DNA of 64,000 nt from Eledone cirrhosa (lineage: Eukaryota): the NCBI GenBank assembly GCA_964016885.1, contig OZ024741.1, positions 314,836,001-314,900,000 on the forward strand, given 5' to 3'. The notes beneath the pieces were generated by a model. That model searched no databases, was not told the DNA's origin, and worked only from the letters and a program-made list of their open reading frames with translations. The position numbers and the translations under genes were made by a program. Positions 24,650 through 38,106 of this stretch are shown here, in pieces (position 1 is the stretch's first letter; each line of letters opens with the position of its first letter).

Positions 24650-24713
24650 CCTTTGCCACCTTCGGTGTAGCGTAATTGCTTTTTACCTTATTTATTTATA
24701 TATATACATACAT

Positions 24714-25320
24714 GGTGGCTGCCAACTCGTTTTCGAGTACGGCCACTACTTTATATCCATGTAGGAGAACCCCTACCGATGCGCTGAACGAGTGTGACTT
24801 TTTAGTCCAGCCAGCGACTTGAAAACTCTGGTACAAACACTACACTTGTGACAATTATTGACACATAGTGCTGGGCCCATGGTACCATGTGATGACAAGT
24901 GCAGAGAGATCTCCAGATATAAAGCAATGCCTGTGCTGTGAAGCTTTTATAGTGAGCAAAGGAACTGCACAAAGCCAGTCCCACTCTCTTAACCAAGATG
25001 ATATTTACCAAAAAGAAGAACAAGTCAACATCATTGGATACCATCAGGGTTGCAGGTGTTATATCAGAGTTTTCCTTCTCTTAGAATTCTGCCTTGACAA
25101 AAGGCTAAGGGGTCATCTCTCCCAGTGATTTTGGATGGCCATTGACTCTTAAGAGCTCCTTTGCCCTTCGACAGGTTTTGTTTTTAGTCCTGCAGGATGT
25201 CCAAAGTCACCCTCCTCACCAAGAAACCTTGGTGGGGTTGCCAGTTTAGTCGCCAACGATCCCACCATGAGACAGGTTGTACTGGGATACATGTTACCAG
25301 TAGCACCAAGTGGTGACCTG
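24714..25320 (-). mobile_element. Short bipartite RTE-derived non-autonomous retroelement in (CATA)n
   Basis: Minus strand encodes a terminal C2H2 finger CSVCTRVFKSLAGLKSHTRSAHR* (24773-24853) typical of RTE ORF ends, with an RTE-like 5' UTR part. Absent from unit B. Confidence 0.65.
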
Positions 25321-25406
25321 ACATACATACATACATACATACATACATACATACATACATAAATACATACATACATACATACAATATATATATATATATA
25401 TATATA

Positions 25407-25468
<62 letters not shown>

Positions 25469-25475
25469 TATATAC

Positions 25476-25522
<47 letters not shown>

Positions 25523-25570
25523 TACAAATACAAATACATACATACATACATACATACATACATACATACA

Positions 25571-25671
<101 letters not shown>

Positions 25672-26021
25672 GGAAAAAATGAAACGAAATTCCATGTCCC
25701 ACTCTTAGTACGGCTGTTACTTAAATATAAGTATGTACACGTACATACATATATGTATACAGACGTACAGTAGTATGTATATATATATACATGCACACAT
25801 ATATATATGTACGTATGGATTCACCGAACATTTATTATAATGCTCGTTGTGTTTGTAAACAAACATCCCGTATTAAGCCGTAGTATCTAGCAACCATCGT
25901 TCCTCGTTTGTTCAACACTTACAAAGGAACGCTGTACTAGTTTCATATATATATATATATATAAGGTAAAGTGCAGTACACTTAGTCCGGAGGAGACAAA
26001 GGTGATTAGTTATGCAGATTA

Positions 26022-27511
26022 CACCGTGTAACAAAAACAAAATTTCTCTGTTCCTGGCTTGTAATCACTTTTTTTCAAAATAAATAATTGTTTCTACTTT
26101 AGGCACAAGGCCAGCAATTAACCAGTGCATTACTGGTACTTTATTTTATCGACCCTGTATGGATGAAAGGCAAAGTCAACCTCGGCGGGATTTGAACTCA
26201 GATCGTAAAGGGACGTAACTATGCTGGAAGGCATGGCGTCCGACCCTCTACCGATACTGCCAATCCAAATAAATAATAAAGTGCTATTAAACAGTTAAAA
26301 GTTTGGGTTTGTAAAAATTCTAAGCTATCCACTAGAATTATTTGTATGCTGGATTTTACGTTGTATGTAAGCTTAACTTTCTTATGTGAAATGATTTTTT
26401 TTTATATATGTTTCAGGTTAAATTAAAATTATTAAATAAAGAGTAATACATAAAGAAAATTATAAAAGTGCAATAAAGTATAACATTGTTAAAAAGTGGA
26501 TTAAAGAGATTTATTGATACTGGGGTACCAGAAAAAGTTCCTCACTTCCCAAACCAAAAAGAAGTCAATGACTTTGTCAGAGATATGTGTCTAACCAAGT
26601 CCAATGCAGAGCTATTCCTTTTCTGAATGAAGCAGTGGAACTTGGTCATGTGGGAGCCACTGGTTGATCCCAGGATTGTGCTCATACCGCCACTGCACAT
26701 TAAGTTGGGGTTGATGAAGCAGTTTGTGAAGGCTCTCAATCAAGAATCATCCGCTTTTAAGTACCTTCTTGAGTTCTTCCCCAAGTTATCTGAGGCCAAA
26801 ATCAAAGGTGGAATTTTTGTTGGACCTCAGATAAAGAAGGTGTTTGATTCTATCGAGTTCTCCAATAAGCTCAATAGGATTGAGAAAACAGCATGGAACT
26901 ATTTCATGTCAGTTGTTAAGGGCTTCCTGGGTAACTACTGACCTGAAAACTACCAGCAACTGGTGCAGGATCTGATAATGGCTTTTGGCGCCATGGGATG
27001 CAGGATGTCGCTTAAACTCCATATTCTGGACGCTCACCTGGAAAAATTCAAGGACAATATGGGCGCCTACTCAGAAGAACAAGGCGAACGATTCCACCAG
27101 ATGTGAAAGAGTTAGAGCGGAGGTAGCAGGGCCACTACATGAACAAATGATGGGGGACTATATCTGATTGCTAGTGCAGGAATGCGACCTGGACTACAAC
27201 CGCAAATCCAGAAAATCCCGTCATTTCTGACGTGTATAAGTTGCATTATAAGTGTTATTTGTTTTTACTTGTTTGCTTTTGATAAGCTTGTGTAATAAAA
27301 TAAATATATACTCTGTTGATTTAATTATATGTACTGATAAATTGAAAAAAAATGTGTTTTTTCTTGAAAAATATAAACATTTCGAAATAACAAACTCCTG
27401 ACAAAAGACCCAAACTTCTGATTAAATAATAGTATTTTTTGATAATAATGGGATATATCAAACCAGGAAATAATAAGTAAAGCAGGGGAACAATAAATAT
27501 ATTACACGGTG
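26022..27511 (+). mobile_element. Chapaev3-type (CMC superfamily) DNA transposon, deleted copy
   Basis: Termini caccgtgtaa/ttacacggtg, TTA target duplication, transposase motifs PPLHIKLGLMKQFVKAL, MSLKLH, SEEQGERFHQ. Confidence 0.85.
26085..26266 (-). mobile_element. tRNA-derived SINE family A nested in Chapaev3
   Basis: A box TGGCAGTATCGG and B box GTTCAAATCC on the minus strand. Confidence 0.85.
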
Positions 27512-27794
27512 TTACTAGCCATTATAGAGAGGTTAGTGTGGTCAATGCATATAAGTTGTTAGACCAGCGAGCCATGCAATTAGATGTAAAGAGAGATAGC
27601 TTAATAGTCGACGCGCACACACACACACACGCACGTACACACAAACACGCACGCACTCACACACACGTGTTTATTTGCTATGGGTAAATGTAAGAATATC
27701 AGTGATAAATAACGCAGAAACAGATAAGTACTGTAAAAGTTTTAATATTTCTGAGTGTAATTTTGCAGCTTATATTGATTATTACTTCCATATC

Positions 27795-28290
27795 AACATC
27801 ATCATCATCATCCTCATTCATTGCCCATCTTCCACGCTAGTATGAGTAAGATAGCCTATCCGTTTGTGAGGGATCAGGCTGGGATCCGTGATTCGCTCAC
27901 ACAGAATTCATTTTGGCTTGGTTTCTATGGATGGTTGCCCATACTTATGCCAAACACATTTAGAGTGTGTACTGGGTGCATTTTGCTGTGTCACCTACAC
28001 AACCACTTTATAGCATTGACTGGATGCTTTTTGCCGTGTCGCCTACACAACCACTTTACAGTGTGGACTGAGCGCTCGCTTTTGTCATGACACGTACATG
28101 ACAACTATGGTGTGGGGTGGGCTCTTTTGGTGTAGCTTCCGGGGATCCATTTATAGAGGAGGTTGAAAATTAGGAAGATACTTTGTGAAATTGGGGACGG
28201 AAGTATTGGGAAGGTTTATGGGAGGTTTATGGACGTGAGTATTGGGGAGGATTATTGGGGAGGTTGGGAGCCGTGTTACAAGCAATTGCA
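27795..28290. repeat. Interspersed repeat beginning at (CAT)n; also at about 40418-40900 and 53660-54150
   Basis: Three alignable copies at equivalent positions in the units; family not identified. Confidence 0.6.
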
Positions 28291-28316
28291 ATAATCTTAG
28301 CAGAGTTTGCAGCCTG

Positions 28317-28398
<82 letters not shown>

Positions 28399-29025
28399 AA
28401 TTAAAAATATAACTAAAAAAAAGTGTAATACCCAGAATCACTTATGACTGCAGTTCTGTTTACATGCTAACACATGAGCAAGTATGAGGGGCTCATTCTA
28501 GTGACATGGCTTTTAAAAAGAGGCGTGTTTGCATGATTTCAAACTAATAGAATATTATTATTAATATTAGAAAACCTCAGATTATATTTATTGTATTCAG
28601 CCATGTAGGGCGATTTTTTTTTCATTTGAATATTGCAAAGCCAGCCATAAATAGCTCGTATTTTGTCGTTAAATGTAAGAATATCACTAATAATTATAGT
28701 AGAACTGTTTCAAGGAAAGATTTCCGATAATAATATTCGATTCGTTTGCAATTTCTGATATATGCAATGCTTCTAATTATATTGATTATTATTTTCCATA
28801 AGGTCATAAGGCATTGTAAAATTGCTATTCTGGTTTTACATGAACTTAACATCTCTTTATGTAATATACTGTATCAATATATTATTTAATAGTTGTATGC
28901 AGACTGATTCGTTTATCAACACTTTAATCTTATAATTATTGATATGGTATAAAATTGATACCACATCTACAATTGTATGTAATTAATAATATCTTCAACA
29001 TTATCATATATACTGATATTTTCAG

Positions 29026-29160
29026 AATGCCCAGAAGGAAAGTATGGTTTATTATGTAATGGGACATGCCATTGTATGAACAACACTAACTGCGACAAGA
29101 GAACTGGATCTTGTTCAGATGGATGTGCTGCAGGTTATATTGGTGACAGCTGCCAACAAG
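29026..29160 (+). CDS. Exon 1: EGF-like 8-Cys repeat (MEGF10/Draper/SCARF type), internal coding exon
   Basis: ttttcag acceptor, AG|gtattt donor, 135 bp, phase 1-1; [45 protein letters not shown]. Confidence 0.9.
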
Positions 29161-29221
29161 GTATTTCCTAAAGATGCTAAGTATTTACAATATATATATA
29201 TGTATATATATATATATATGT

Positions 29222-29332
<111 letters not shown>

Positions 29333-29470
29333 AATACTATTTATAGTTATGTATATAGTATAAACAACTATAAACAGGAAGGTTTGTAATTTCCTACTAA
29401 CTTATTACCTACCAGTAAGAGAAATAGCTGAATGTATGAACATCAGATGTTTTACAGAGCAGAAAAATAA

Positions 29471-29820
29471 ATAAATTATACAATTATCATCAAAGTTGTG
29501 TTCAAATCATTTAATAGCTGACAATCGCTTATTCCAAACTCTCATTTGGGATCATCGGAGCGTTATCAATGTTTGCACATGTAATTAACCTCCTATTCAA
29601 CTGAACAGTAATATACATACATATATATTGATGTCGTAAATACGAAACTGTTGCTCACAACATCAATATATATGTATGTATGTTACTGTTCAGTTGAATA
29701 GGAGCTTAATTACATATGCAAACATTGATAATACCCCGATAATTCCAAATAAGAGTTTGGAAGAAACGATTGTCAGCTATTAAATGATTTGAACACAACT
29801 TTGATAATTGTATAATTTAT
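29471..29820. repeat. About 350-bp hairpin (about 160-bp arms), unit A copy
   Basis: ataaattatacaattatc...attgatgt is the reverse complement of acatcaat...gataattgtataatttat. Confidence 0.93.
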
Positions 29821-30108
29821 ATATATATATATATGTCTGTGTGTGTGCGTAAACGGGTACCTATAGTAGTTCCTAAACTTGAGTTTCTGCCACTTTTAAT
29901 GCAGCAGTAGGGTGCACTACACACTCTGTCCGCATATATTATGCAACAATGCATAATCGGTGCATATGGCTTCATCAGCAGTTTACGCCTAAAAAATAAT
30001 CAATCGATTGACAGAGTTCAACTCCAGTCCGTGATGGCTATGAATGCTTGTGACGGCCAGCACAGTAAAGTGATTAGCAACTGAGATCTGATACAATGCT
30101 GTAATCCG

Positions 30109-30235
<127 letters not shown>

Positions 30236-30449
30236 TAAAAGGAAAAGAAAATGCTGACAAATTGTTCCCAGTGAAAAATAGTTTAATTAGGAATAAGTAA
30301 AAGTTAGTAATAGTATTGGTTAGTATTCAGTTTTGGTTTTAAGTTTTACCGGATGCGCATTTCTAATGCTTTTCAAAAATAATTTTGAGATAGAGCGCCC
30401 GTGATGTTTGCTCGAATGTATATAAAATATATATATATATATATATTAT

Positions 30450-33400
30450 TAATTACTTTCTAATTAATTTCAACAATGAGTATTGGACCCGTTCAGATAG
30501 GAATAGAAACTTTGATATTACCATGGGATCATCGGACTCAGCGCAGGTCACCGATCTTCTGGGGATTTTTTTTCTTAAATATGGTAAATAGAAAACTGCC
30601 GGAGATTACCGGTGGTTTATATAGTGACGATATTTTATTTACGGTTGTCAAACATAGCAATACAGAATTAAATAGGGTTAAGAAAACTATAATTGAATTC
30701 TTAAAAAATTATGACCTTAAATTAGAATTTGAAAGTAGTACCAAAATAGTTAATTTCCTTCACGTTACCCTTAACTTAAACTCTGGTTTTTATTACCCTT
30801 TCTATAAGCCCAATGAAAACTTAAATTACGTTAACTATTACTCTAATCACCCTAAATCCGTGAAAAATGCAATAGACAATAGTGTACAGAAACGTATAAC
30901 TAGAATTTACGCTAATAAATCCATATATGATGAAAAAGCAGGATATTATAATGACGCGCTTAGAAAGGCATGTTATAAAAATAATATTGAATATATAGAT
31001 AATAATAATTTTAATTATAATCCTGATAAAAATAAGACTAACATATACAAACAAGATTCTAAAAATTATAATACAAACACCGTGAATAAATCGGCGAAAA
31101 AAATCAGAACTAAATCAGTTATATGGTTTACCCCCCAGCTTCTGTAGCAATAAAAACACCACTCGCAAATCTATTCTTTAAAGCTTTGGATAAATGCTTC
31201 CCCTATTCAACACAAATACCGGTCCATATTTAACAGACACACAATTAAGCTTTCTTATTCTACAACTATGAAAATGGCCCAGAACATCGCAAAAATAAAT
31301 AGTAGAATTCTAAATCATAATCAACAAACAATTAGCGATAATGAATATTAAGACTAGGAATAACAATAACATTGATCTCAACACAATCAATAGAACACTT
31401 CAAAGTACTAAAATGTTAATGTCAATTGTCCAATTTATAGTAATAACAATAAATCGAAATGTAATTGTAGAAATAGATCAAATTGCCCTCTGCAAAATAA
31501 TTGTCTGGATAGCAATCTGGTCTATAAATGCATCGTAAAAGCAAATAACATCACATACAACAACATTGATGCAACTTCATCGACATTTAAATTAAGATTT
31601 GCGAATCATAGATGCTCTTTTTCGAATCCTAATAGGAAATCTTCGACTTCTTTATCACAACTTATATGGTCGTTAAAAGACAAAAATTTAAAATACTCGA
31701 TTTCTTGGTCGAAGCTGTGTAATAGTCGAATATACTCGAATTCTTCAATATCACCTTACTGCAATCTCTGTACCATGGAGACCCTATTAATAATTACTAA
31801 TTATGATAATTTAATTAACAAAAAAAGTGAATTATTCTCAAATTGCCTTCATAAAGCTTCCTCTACATTCCAAGCCTCGCAAAAGGTCAAGAAAAAACAC
31901 TAAATAAATACGTTCTAATTTTTGACGTCTCGTATCAACTAAGTGTGTAAAATGTGATATTAACTTTTTTACTCATTTATGATTTGATAATTGTTAGATT
32001 AAGGGTTGTATATAAATATATTAACATATAGATTGTTAACACGATCTCTTGATGAATATGCATATTTTTTGATTGTGTAGATACATTTAATTTGTTTGGG
32101 ATTCTTGTATTTTTTTAAAATATATAGCTTATATGGTTGACAGATGTAATGAACCGTAAACAATTCTTGCTTTTATGTATTTATGTATTTATTCTATTGA
32201 AGTATGTTAGTTTTAAGATTCACGATGTTTGATTTATATATTTATATTTGTTTATATATATGTATGGTTTATGCGCCGCACAAAGTTTTCTCTTTCTCAT
32301 ATTTGCAGACACTTTAAATATGATACTATACTACTATATAGATCCTTAAAAGTTTTCTTGTATTTTAAATTATATAGCTTAAATATTTGGCACTTATATG
32401 ATTGCAAACAATTTATTTATTTATTTTGAATCTGGTTCGTTTCCTTATGATTCATGAAATTTTTATAGTATTACAGGATCCTAAGATACAATAATTAATC
32501 TAAAACCTTAATTCTAACAATATTAACAGTACGTTATTCATTCTATCATATTATATTGTGTTATATATAACTGATTAATATCGTCTTGAACTTTAGACAA
32601 TATACTTTTTGTATATATTTGGACAAATGCATATATCAAATTTAATAATAACTTTTTAAAGTTTAATTGTAAGGCCTTTAGATGCTTTAGGGCATTCTAA
32701 TTGTTGATTTAAAATGTTTAAAGTTATAACTGTAATTATTTTCTAAATTATATAGTGATAATTATTTTAGTATGGGAAAATAATATAAGATAACATAATT
32801 TAATATGGTTTAACTTCGTGTGGATGAAAATACTAAGTTTCTTTCTCATGTTTGAAAATACTTTAAATATGATTTTATAAATTAAATATATTAGTATACT
32901 TTAATATTAATATAGAAATTTATAAACTTTTATAGCCTGAAATATTATATCTTTAGTTTAATCCATTATACTTAGCTAACATAAGAAATTTGAAATTTAA
33001 CGGTCAGCCGGATAAGTTTGGATATATATGGAGTATAAATAATTGTTAGTATATTTCTTATTAATTGAGGAATTAAACCCTCATATAATTACACCCAGAT
33101 ATATTTAATATTTAGATAGATGGATACTTCTAGATAATTCAAAGATTCGAGTTTACTCTTTCACAATGCTATGCCCAAATGTATATTCATGTATTTATCT
33201 ATGCTTTATCTATAAAAATTATTCCCCTGTGTCTCTCTATCCTTGATCAATTCTCTTTTGCTTTCTATACTTCTAGTAACTATATTTTTTCCTCATCTGT
33301 TTCACTATGTCTTTCTTATTTCTTTCTTCTTTCTTCAATAATTTAAATTATTTCAATCTCTAAAAGTTATGTAAATTTCTATTATGTATTTTTAAGCTTT

Positions 33401-33648
33401 CTCACACGCACCTTCTGTATTATATGTAAGTTTTTTCATGTCTCAATCTTAAGGTATATAAATATTGAGCTTGTCATATCATATTCACTACCATGACTGA
33501 ATCTTAACCATCTACTATGTCAGGGTATGTCATGCATCATCTTATTTTATCTGATGAGAACGTACTGTTGAAGATAGCTCAGTACCCCTGAAATATGTAT
33601 AATAAAATATACTTGATCACACGAATGTCTATTTTTGTTAATATTCTG
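30450..33648 (+). mobile_element. Penelope-like element family 2, 5'-truncated, with a long AT-rich 3' UTR (unit A)
   Basis: FDITMGSSDSAQV, GGLYSDD, VNFLHVTLNL, SNHP, IWFTP, CNCRNRSNCPLQNNCL..LVYKC, CNLC..E..II, CLHK (ends 31883). Confidence 0.88.
33543..33609 (+). ncRNA. Type I hammerhead ribozyme motif at the 3' end of PLE family 2
   Basis: Stem I tattttat/ataaaata, CTGATGA, stem II core gtactg/cagtac (base of stem mismatched), GAAA, ATA triplet. Confidence 0.65.
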
Positions 33649-33653
33649 AAATA

Positions 33654-34950
33654 ACGGGACGTCGCCTGGCGGACCGATTCACTGAGCACCTCCGGGATAT
33701 TCGTCTCGGTGGTAGTTCCCCCATCGCCCGGCACTTTGGTGGCCCTGGACATTCCGCACGCCATCTCACAGTCTGTGGCCTACTCCAATGCCACGGAACA
33801 CCCGCCAATCGCCTTAGAGTCGAACAAAGAAAAATCTTCATCTTACAGACCCACACTCCCCCCGGCATGAACTCCCCACCTTTATTGCTTTAGCCTTCGA
33901 CCGCCCCCCTCCCCCCACACTTATCCTCCACTAACACACCCCTCCTTTTCACCGCCCACCCCACAACTAACAATACTAACAGCTCCACTCCACCCCTCAT
34001 CCCACCACCCTTCCCCAACTAACATACTAACATCCATCCCTTCTTCTCCTTCCCCCCTCCTTATCACACGCACACACCCACCGGCACATATATACACGCG
34101 CTCACACTAAACACACACCCTACTACCACCACTAACCCTCACCCCCACACCACCATCCCAACACCCCGCAACTAACCTCACTAACACCCCCTGACCCCAA
34201 GCACACGAACACACGCACCCAATTACACCAACTCTACACACCCTACCACCACTAACCCCCACTTACACCTGCATTCAACCCTTTCCCCACCTCCCGTATA
34301 CCAACACCCACTAACACCCCCTTCATTAAACTACACACACACCAGTACACCACATTTCCTCCATAGAACTACACACACCCTTCTCTCCCCGCTCCACCCA
34401 CACCCTCGCTCCACACTCACTCATCCCACTAACACCTCTACTAATACACACACACACCCTCCTCACTCCAACTTTCACACCTACCCATCCTCGCCCCTTT
34501 ATCACTCCACCCGACTGCTGCTATGCCCTCTGACCACCTCCCAGCACAAACAGACACACAGCACTCCCACCGCTTGACCACTTCCTGTTGCGCGCGCACC
34601 CCACATCTCTCCTCTTCCGACCATCTCTTCATGGAATACTCGTATGTGGAACTTGACCACCATGGAATCTACTAAACATCATAGGAATTTACCAACATTT
34701 CAACCACCCTCTTACGGAATCACCTATATAACTCACCCACACACACGCCCAAAAAAATGTTTTTCTCCCACACGCCACCTACGCCCACAACACGCTTAAA
34801 CCCCACACACACGTGCTTTCCACCACATATTTACACCCTCAGCCTCCTGATTCCTCTCCCCCCACCCCTCTATCCACACACGCACAGACACTCCGACCCC
34901 CCCCCCCCACATCTTCCTGAAATGCAACCCCGTTCTTCCCCCAACGCTTA

Positions 34951-34990
<40 letters not shown>
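33654..34990 (+). mobile_element. Penelope-like element family 3 (GIY-YIG end plus C/A-rich 3' UTR), cut by the duplication breakpoint
   Basis: 33654..33893 translates TGRRLADRFTEHLRDIR..PIARHF..GHS..LTVCGL..RLRVEQRKIFILQTHTPPGMN; not in the supplied ORF track. Confidence 0.85.
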
Positions 34991-34994
<4 letters not shown>

Positions 34995-37174
34995 TCATAT
35001 TTACCTTCTTGACAGACAACTAATCATATTTACCTTCAGATGTATGTGACAGCACGGAGGACCTCCTCAGTAGAATCGGCGTGAGTAACCGATCTAGGGA
35101 CCTAACAAACTGCATAATAGGCAGTATGGATGTTGTGTCCCTGTATCCATCTATTGACGTGGATTTTGCTGTGGAGAAATGCGTAGAAATGATCAGTGAG
35201 AGCAAGGTTGAGTTCCGTGGGATTGATACCAGTGAGCTGGGACTCCTACTTAAGCTTACATATAGTAATAATTACCTAGACACATATGACCTTAGGAACC
35301 TGTGCCCTACAAGACCAGCAAGAGGCAGACCACCTACCATTACCTCAATGGCCAAGAAAACCCACACAGATAGATGGAACGGGTGGACCAGAGCCAATCG
35401 GACACCCGAAAACCACGATGAACTGAAGAAAATGATTGCACATGCGGTAGGGGCCAGCATAAAACTAACCCTTAAGGAACATATGTTCAAATTTAATGGA
35501 AAAACATATGCCCAAGAAGAAGGAGCAGCCATTGGTGTTAGCATTGCAGGCGACATAGCTAACTTATACATGGTATGGTGGGACAGTAGACTTAAATTTA
35601 AACTTAAAGAACAATTAGAAGACCCCTTAACCCTGATAATGTACTCCCGCTACGTTGATGATATAAACATCGTAGTTAAGACACCGCCACTAGAGAACAG
35701 TCAGGAACTAGAGAAAAACACAATGGAAAGCATCCAGCAAATAGCAAACTCCATCCACCAGAGCATTAGAGTTACTATAGACTACCCAAGTAAACACCCC
35801 AACCATTGATTACCTGTACTAGACACAGAGCTCTGGTTAGATACCATTAACAACAAAAAAACAAATCCTCCATTCCCATTATGCCAAACCCATGACTTCC
35901 AAACATCTGATCCACCGAAACTGGGCCGTTTCGGACCATACCAAAATCAACATACTGATTGCGGATTTGGTACGAGTGATGAGAAATGTGTCCCGCATGT
36001 GCAACCCCGAAGAACTAGAGAGACACATACAACATTTCATCCACGGTATGCAGTTCTCTGGCTACAATCAGAGGGATAAAATCAGAGATAAAATCAGATA
36101 AAATAAATATAGAGGAGCCAGAACCAAATGGGAAAAAATGGTAAATAATGACATAAATGGGACCTGCCCCTTGTATAGGAGCAAATTTTGGAATAGAATA
36201 GAAAGAACTAGGTATCATGGTATGATAGCAATAAATACCAGAGTGTAATGTTCATCGATACAACCCCTAGAGGTGAATTAGCTTACAAATTTAGAAGGGC
36301 CCTAAATAAACATAAACTCAATATTAAGATAGTAGAAAGACCAGGTACCTCCGTAAAAACACTTATTAGCAAGACATACCCTTTTCAAAGACCCTCCTGT
36401 ATAGATAAGAAATGTATAACCTGTAAAATAAGTCCCCATATTAACTGTAAAACTAGAAATGTAGTGTATAGCATAAGATGTACTGAAGGACAATGTAGAG
36501 ACAAAAATATAGTGTACATAGGTGAGACAGCTCGTAGTGCAGGGGAACGGATAAATGAACACTGGCGAGACCTTCAAGATAGTAAAGAATCATCTGTACT
36601 CTACCAACATGCTAAAATAGAACACAAGGGTAAATTAGAGAACATAGAAATAAAAGTAGAATCTACACACAGAAAAGACGCAATGTTTAGACAAATTACA
36701 GAGGCAATAAACATAAAAGAATTACAACCAAAATTAAGTAGAAAATATGAGTGGAACAGCAACATCACAACTTACAATTAAGGACAAAATGAAAACACAC
36801 ACACACATAGAACAAACAACCAACCAGTAACATGTAAATAAACAAATAAATAAATGAACATAAACACACACAGACACCCGGATGTGGCGCATGCGCAGAC
36901 TAAGCAAACAACACACACACAGAAAAAAAAATGGCGTAGGACAGAACAAAGGAGAGGCACAGAAACAAAGAAAGGAATCCCCAGTCACTGAAGAGGTCAC
37001 AGAGTGTGTGACGAAAGAACTATGACTATGTATAAACAACTATCTGGTTGTGGAACCAACCAACCAACCAGAAATTTATAAATTTATTATAAATTTATTA
37101 TAATAAATTGAAGTGAAAACAACTGGTGCGTGTGTTTCTTATTGGCAACATGACCCTCCCAAAGTATAACAATA
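34991..37174 (+). mobile_element. Penelope-like element family 1, third copy (start of unit B)
   Basis: ORFs 35081-36781 are nearly identical to 21654-23415. The first 46 bp are the reverse complement of 20329..20374. Confidence 0.93.
36983..37027 (+). ncRNA. Minimal hammerhead ribozyme motif, PLE family 1
   Basis: Identical to 23617..23661. Confidence 0.75.
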
Positions 37175-37318
37175 TATATATATATATATTGGAAAATGTG
37201 TGAAATCCTTGGTACAGTTGGCTATATTGAAAGAAAAAGAAAATAATGACTTTACCTTATATATATATATACATATAAGGTAAAGAGCAATTAAGTTAAT
37301 CCGGAGAAGGCAAAGGTG

Positions 37319-37365
<47 letters not shown>

Positions 37366-37379
37366 GTATATATATATAT

Positions 37380-37499
<120 letters not shown>

Positions 37500-37548
37500 A
37501 TATTTATATATACATATATATATATATATGTATATATGTATATATATG

Positions 37549-37583
<35 letters not shown>

Positions 37584-37709
37584 ATAACCTTTGCCACCTT
37601 CGGAGTAGCGTAATTGCTCTTTACCTTATTTATTTATATATATACATACATACATACATACATACATACATACATACATACATACATACATACATACATG
37701 CATACATAC

Positions 37710-37767
<58 letters not shown>

Positions 37768-38106
37768 GGAAAAAATGAAACGAAATTCCATGTCCCACAC
37801 TTAGTACGGCTGTTACTTAAATATAAGTATGTACACGTACATACATATATGTATACAGACGTACAGTAGTATGTATATATATATATACATGCACGCATAT
37901 ATATATGTATGTATGGATTCACCGAACATTTATTATAATGCTCGTTGTGTTTGCAAACAAACATCCCGTATTAAGCCGTAGTATCTAGCAACCATCGTTC
38001 CTCGTTTGTTCAACACTGACAAAGGAACGCTGTACTAGTTTCATATATATATATATAAGGTAAAGAGCAGTACACTTAGTCCGGAGAAGACAAGTTATGC
38101 AGATTA

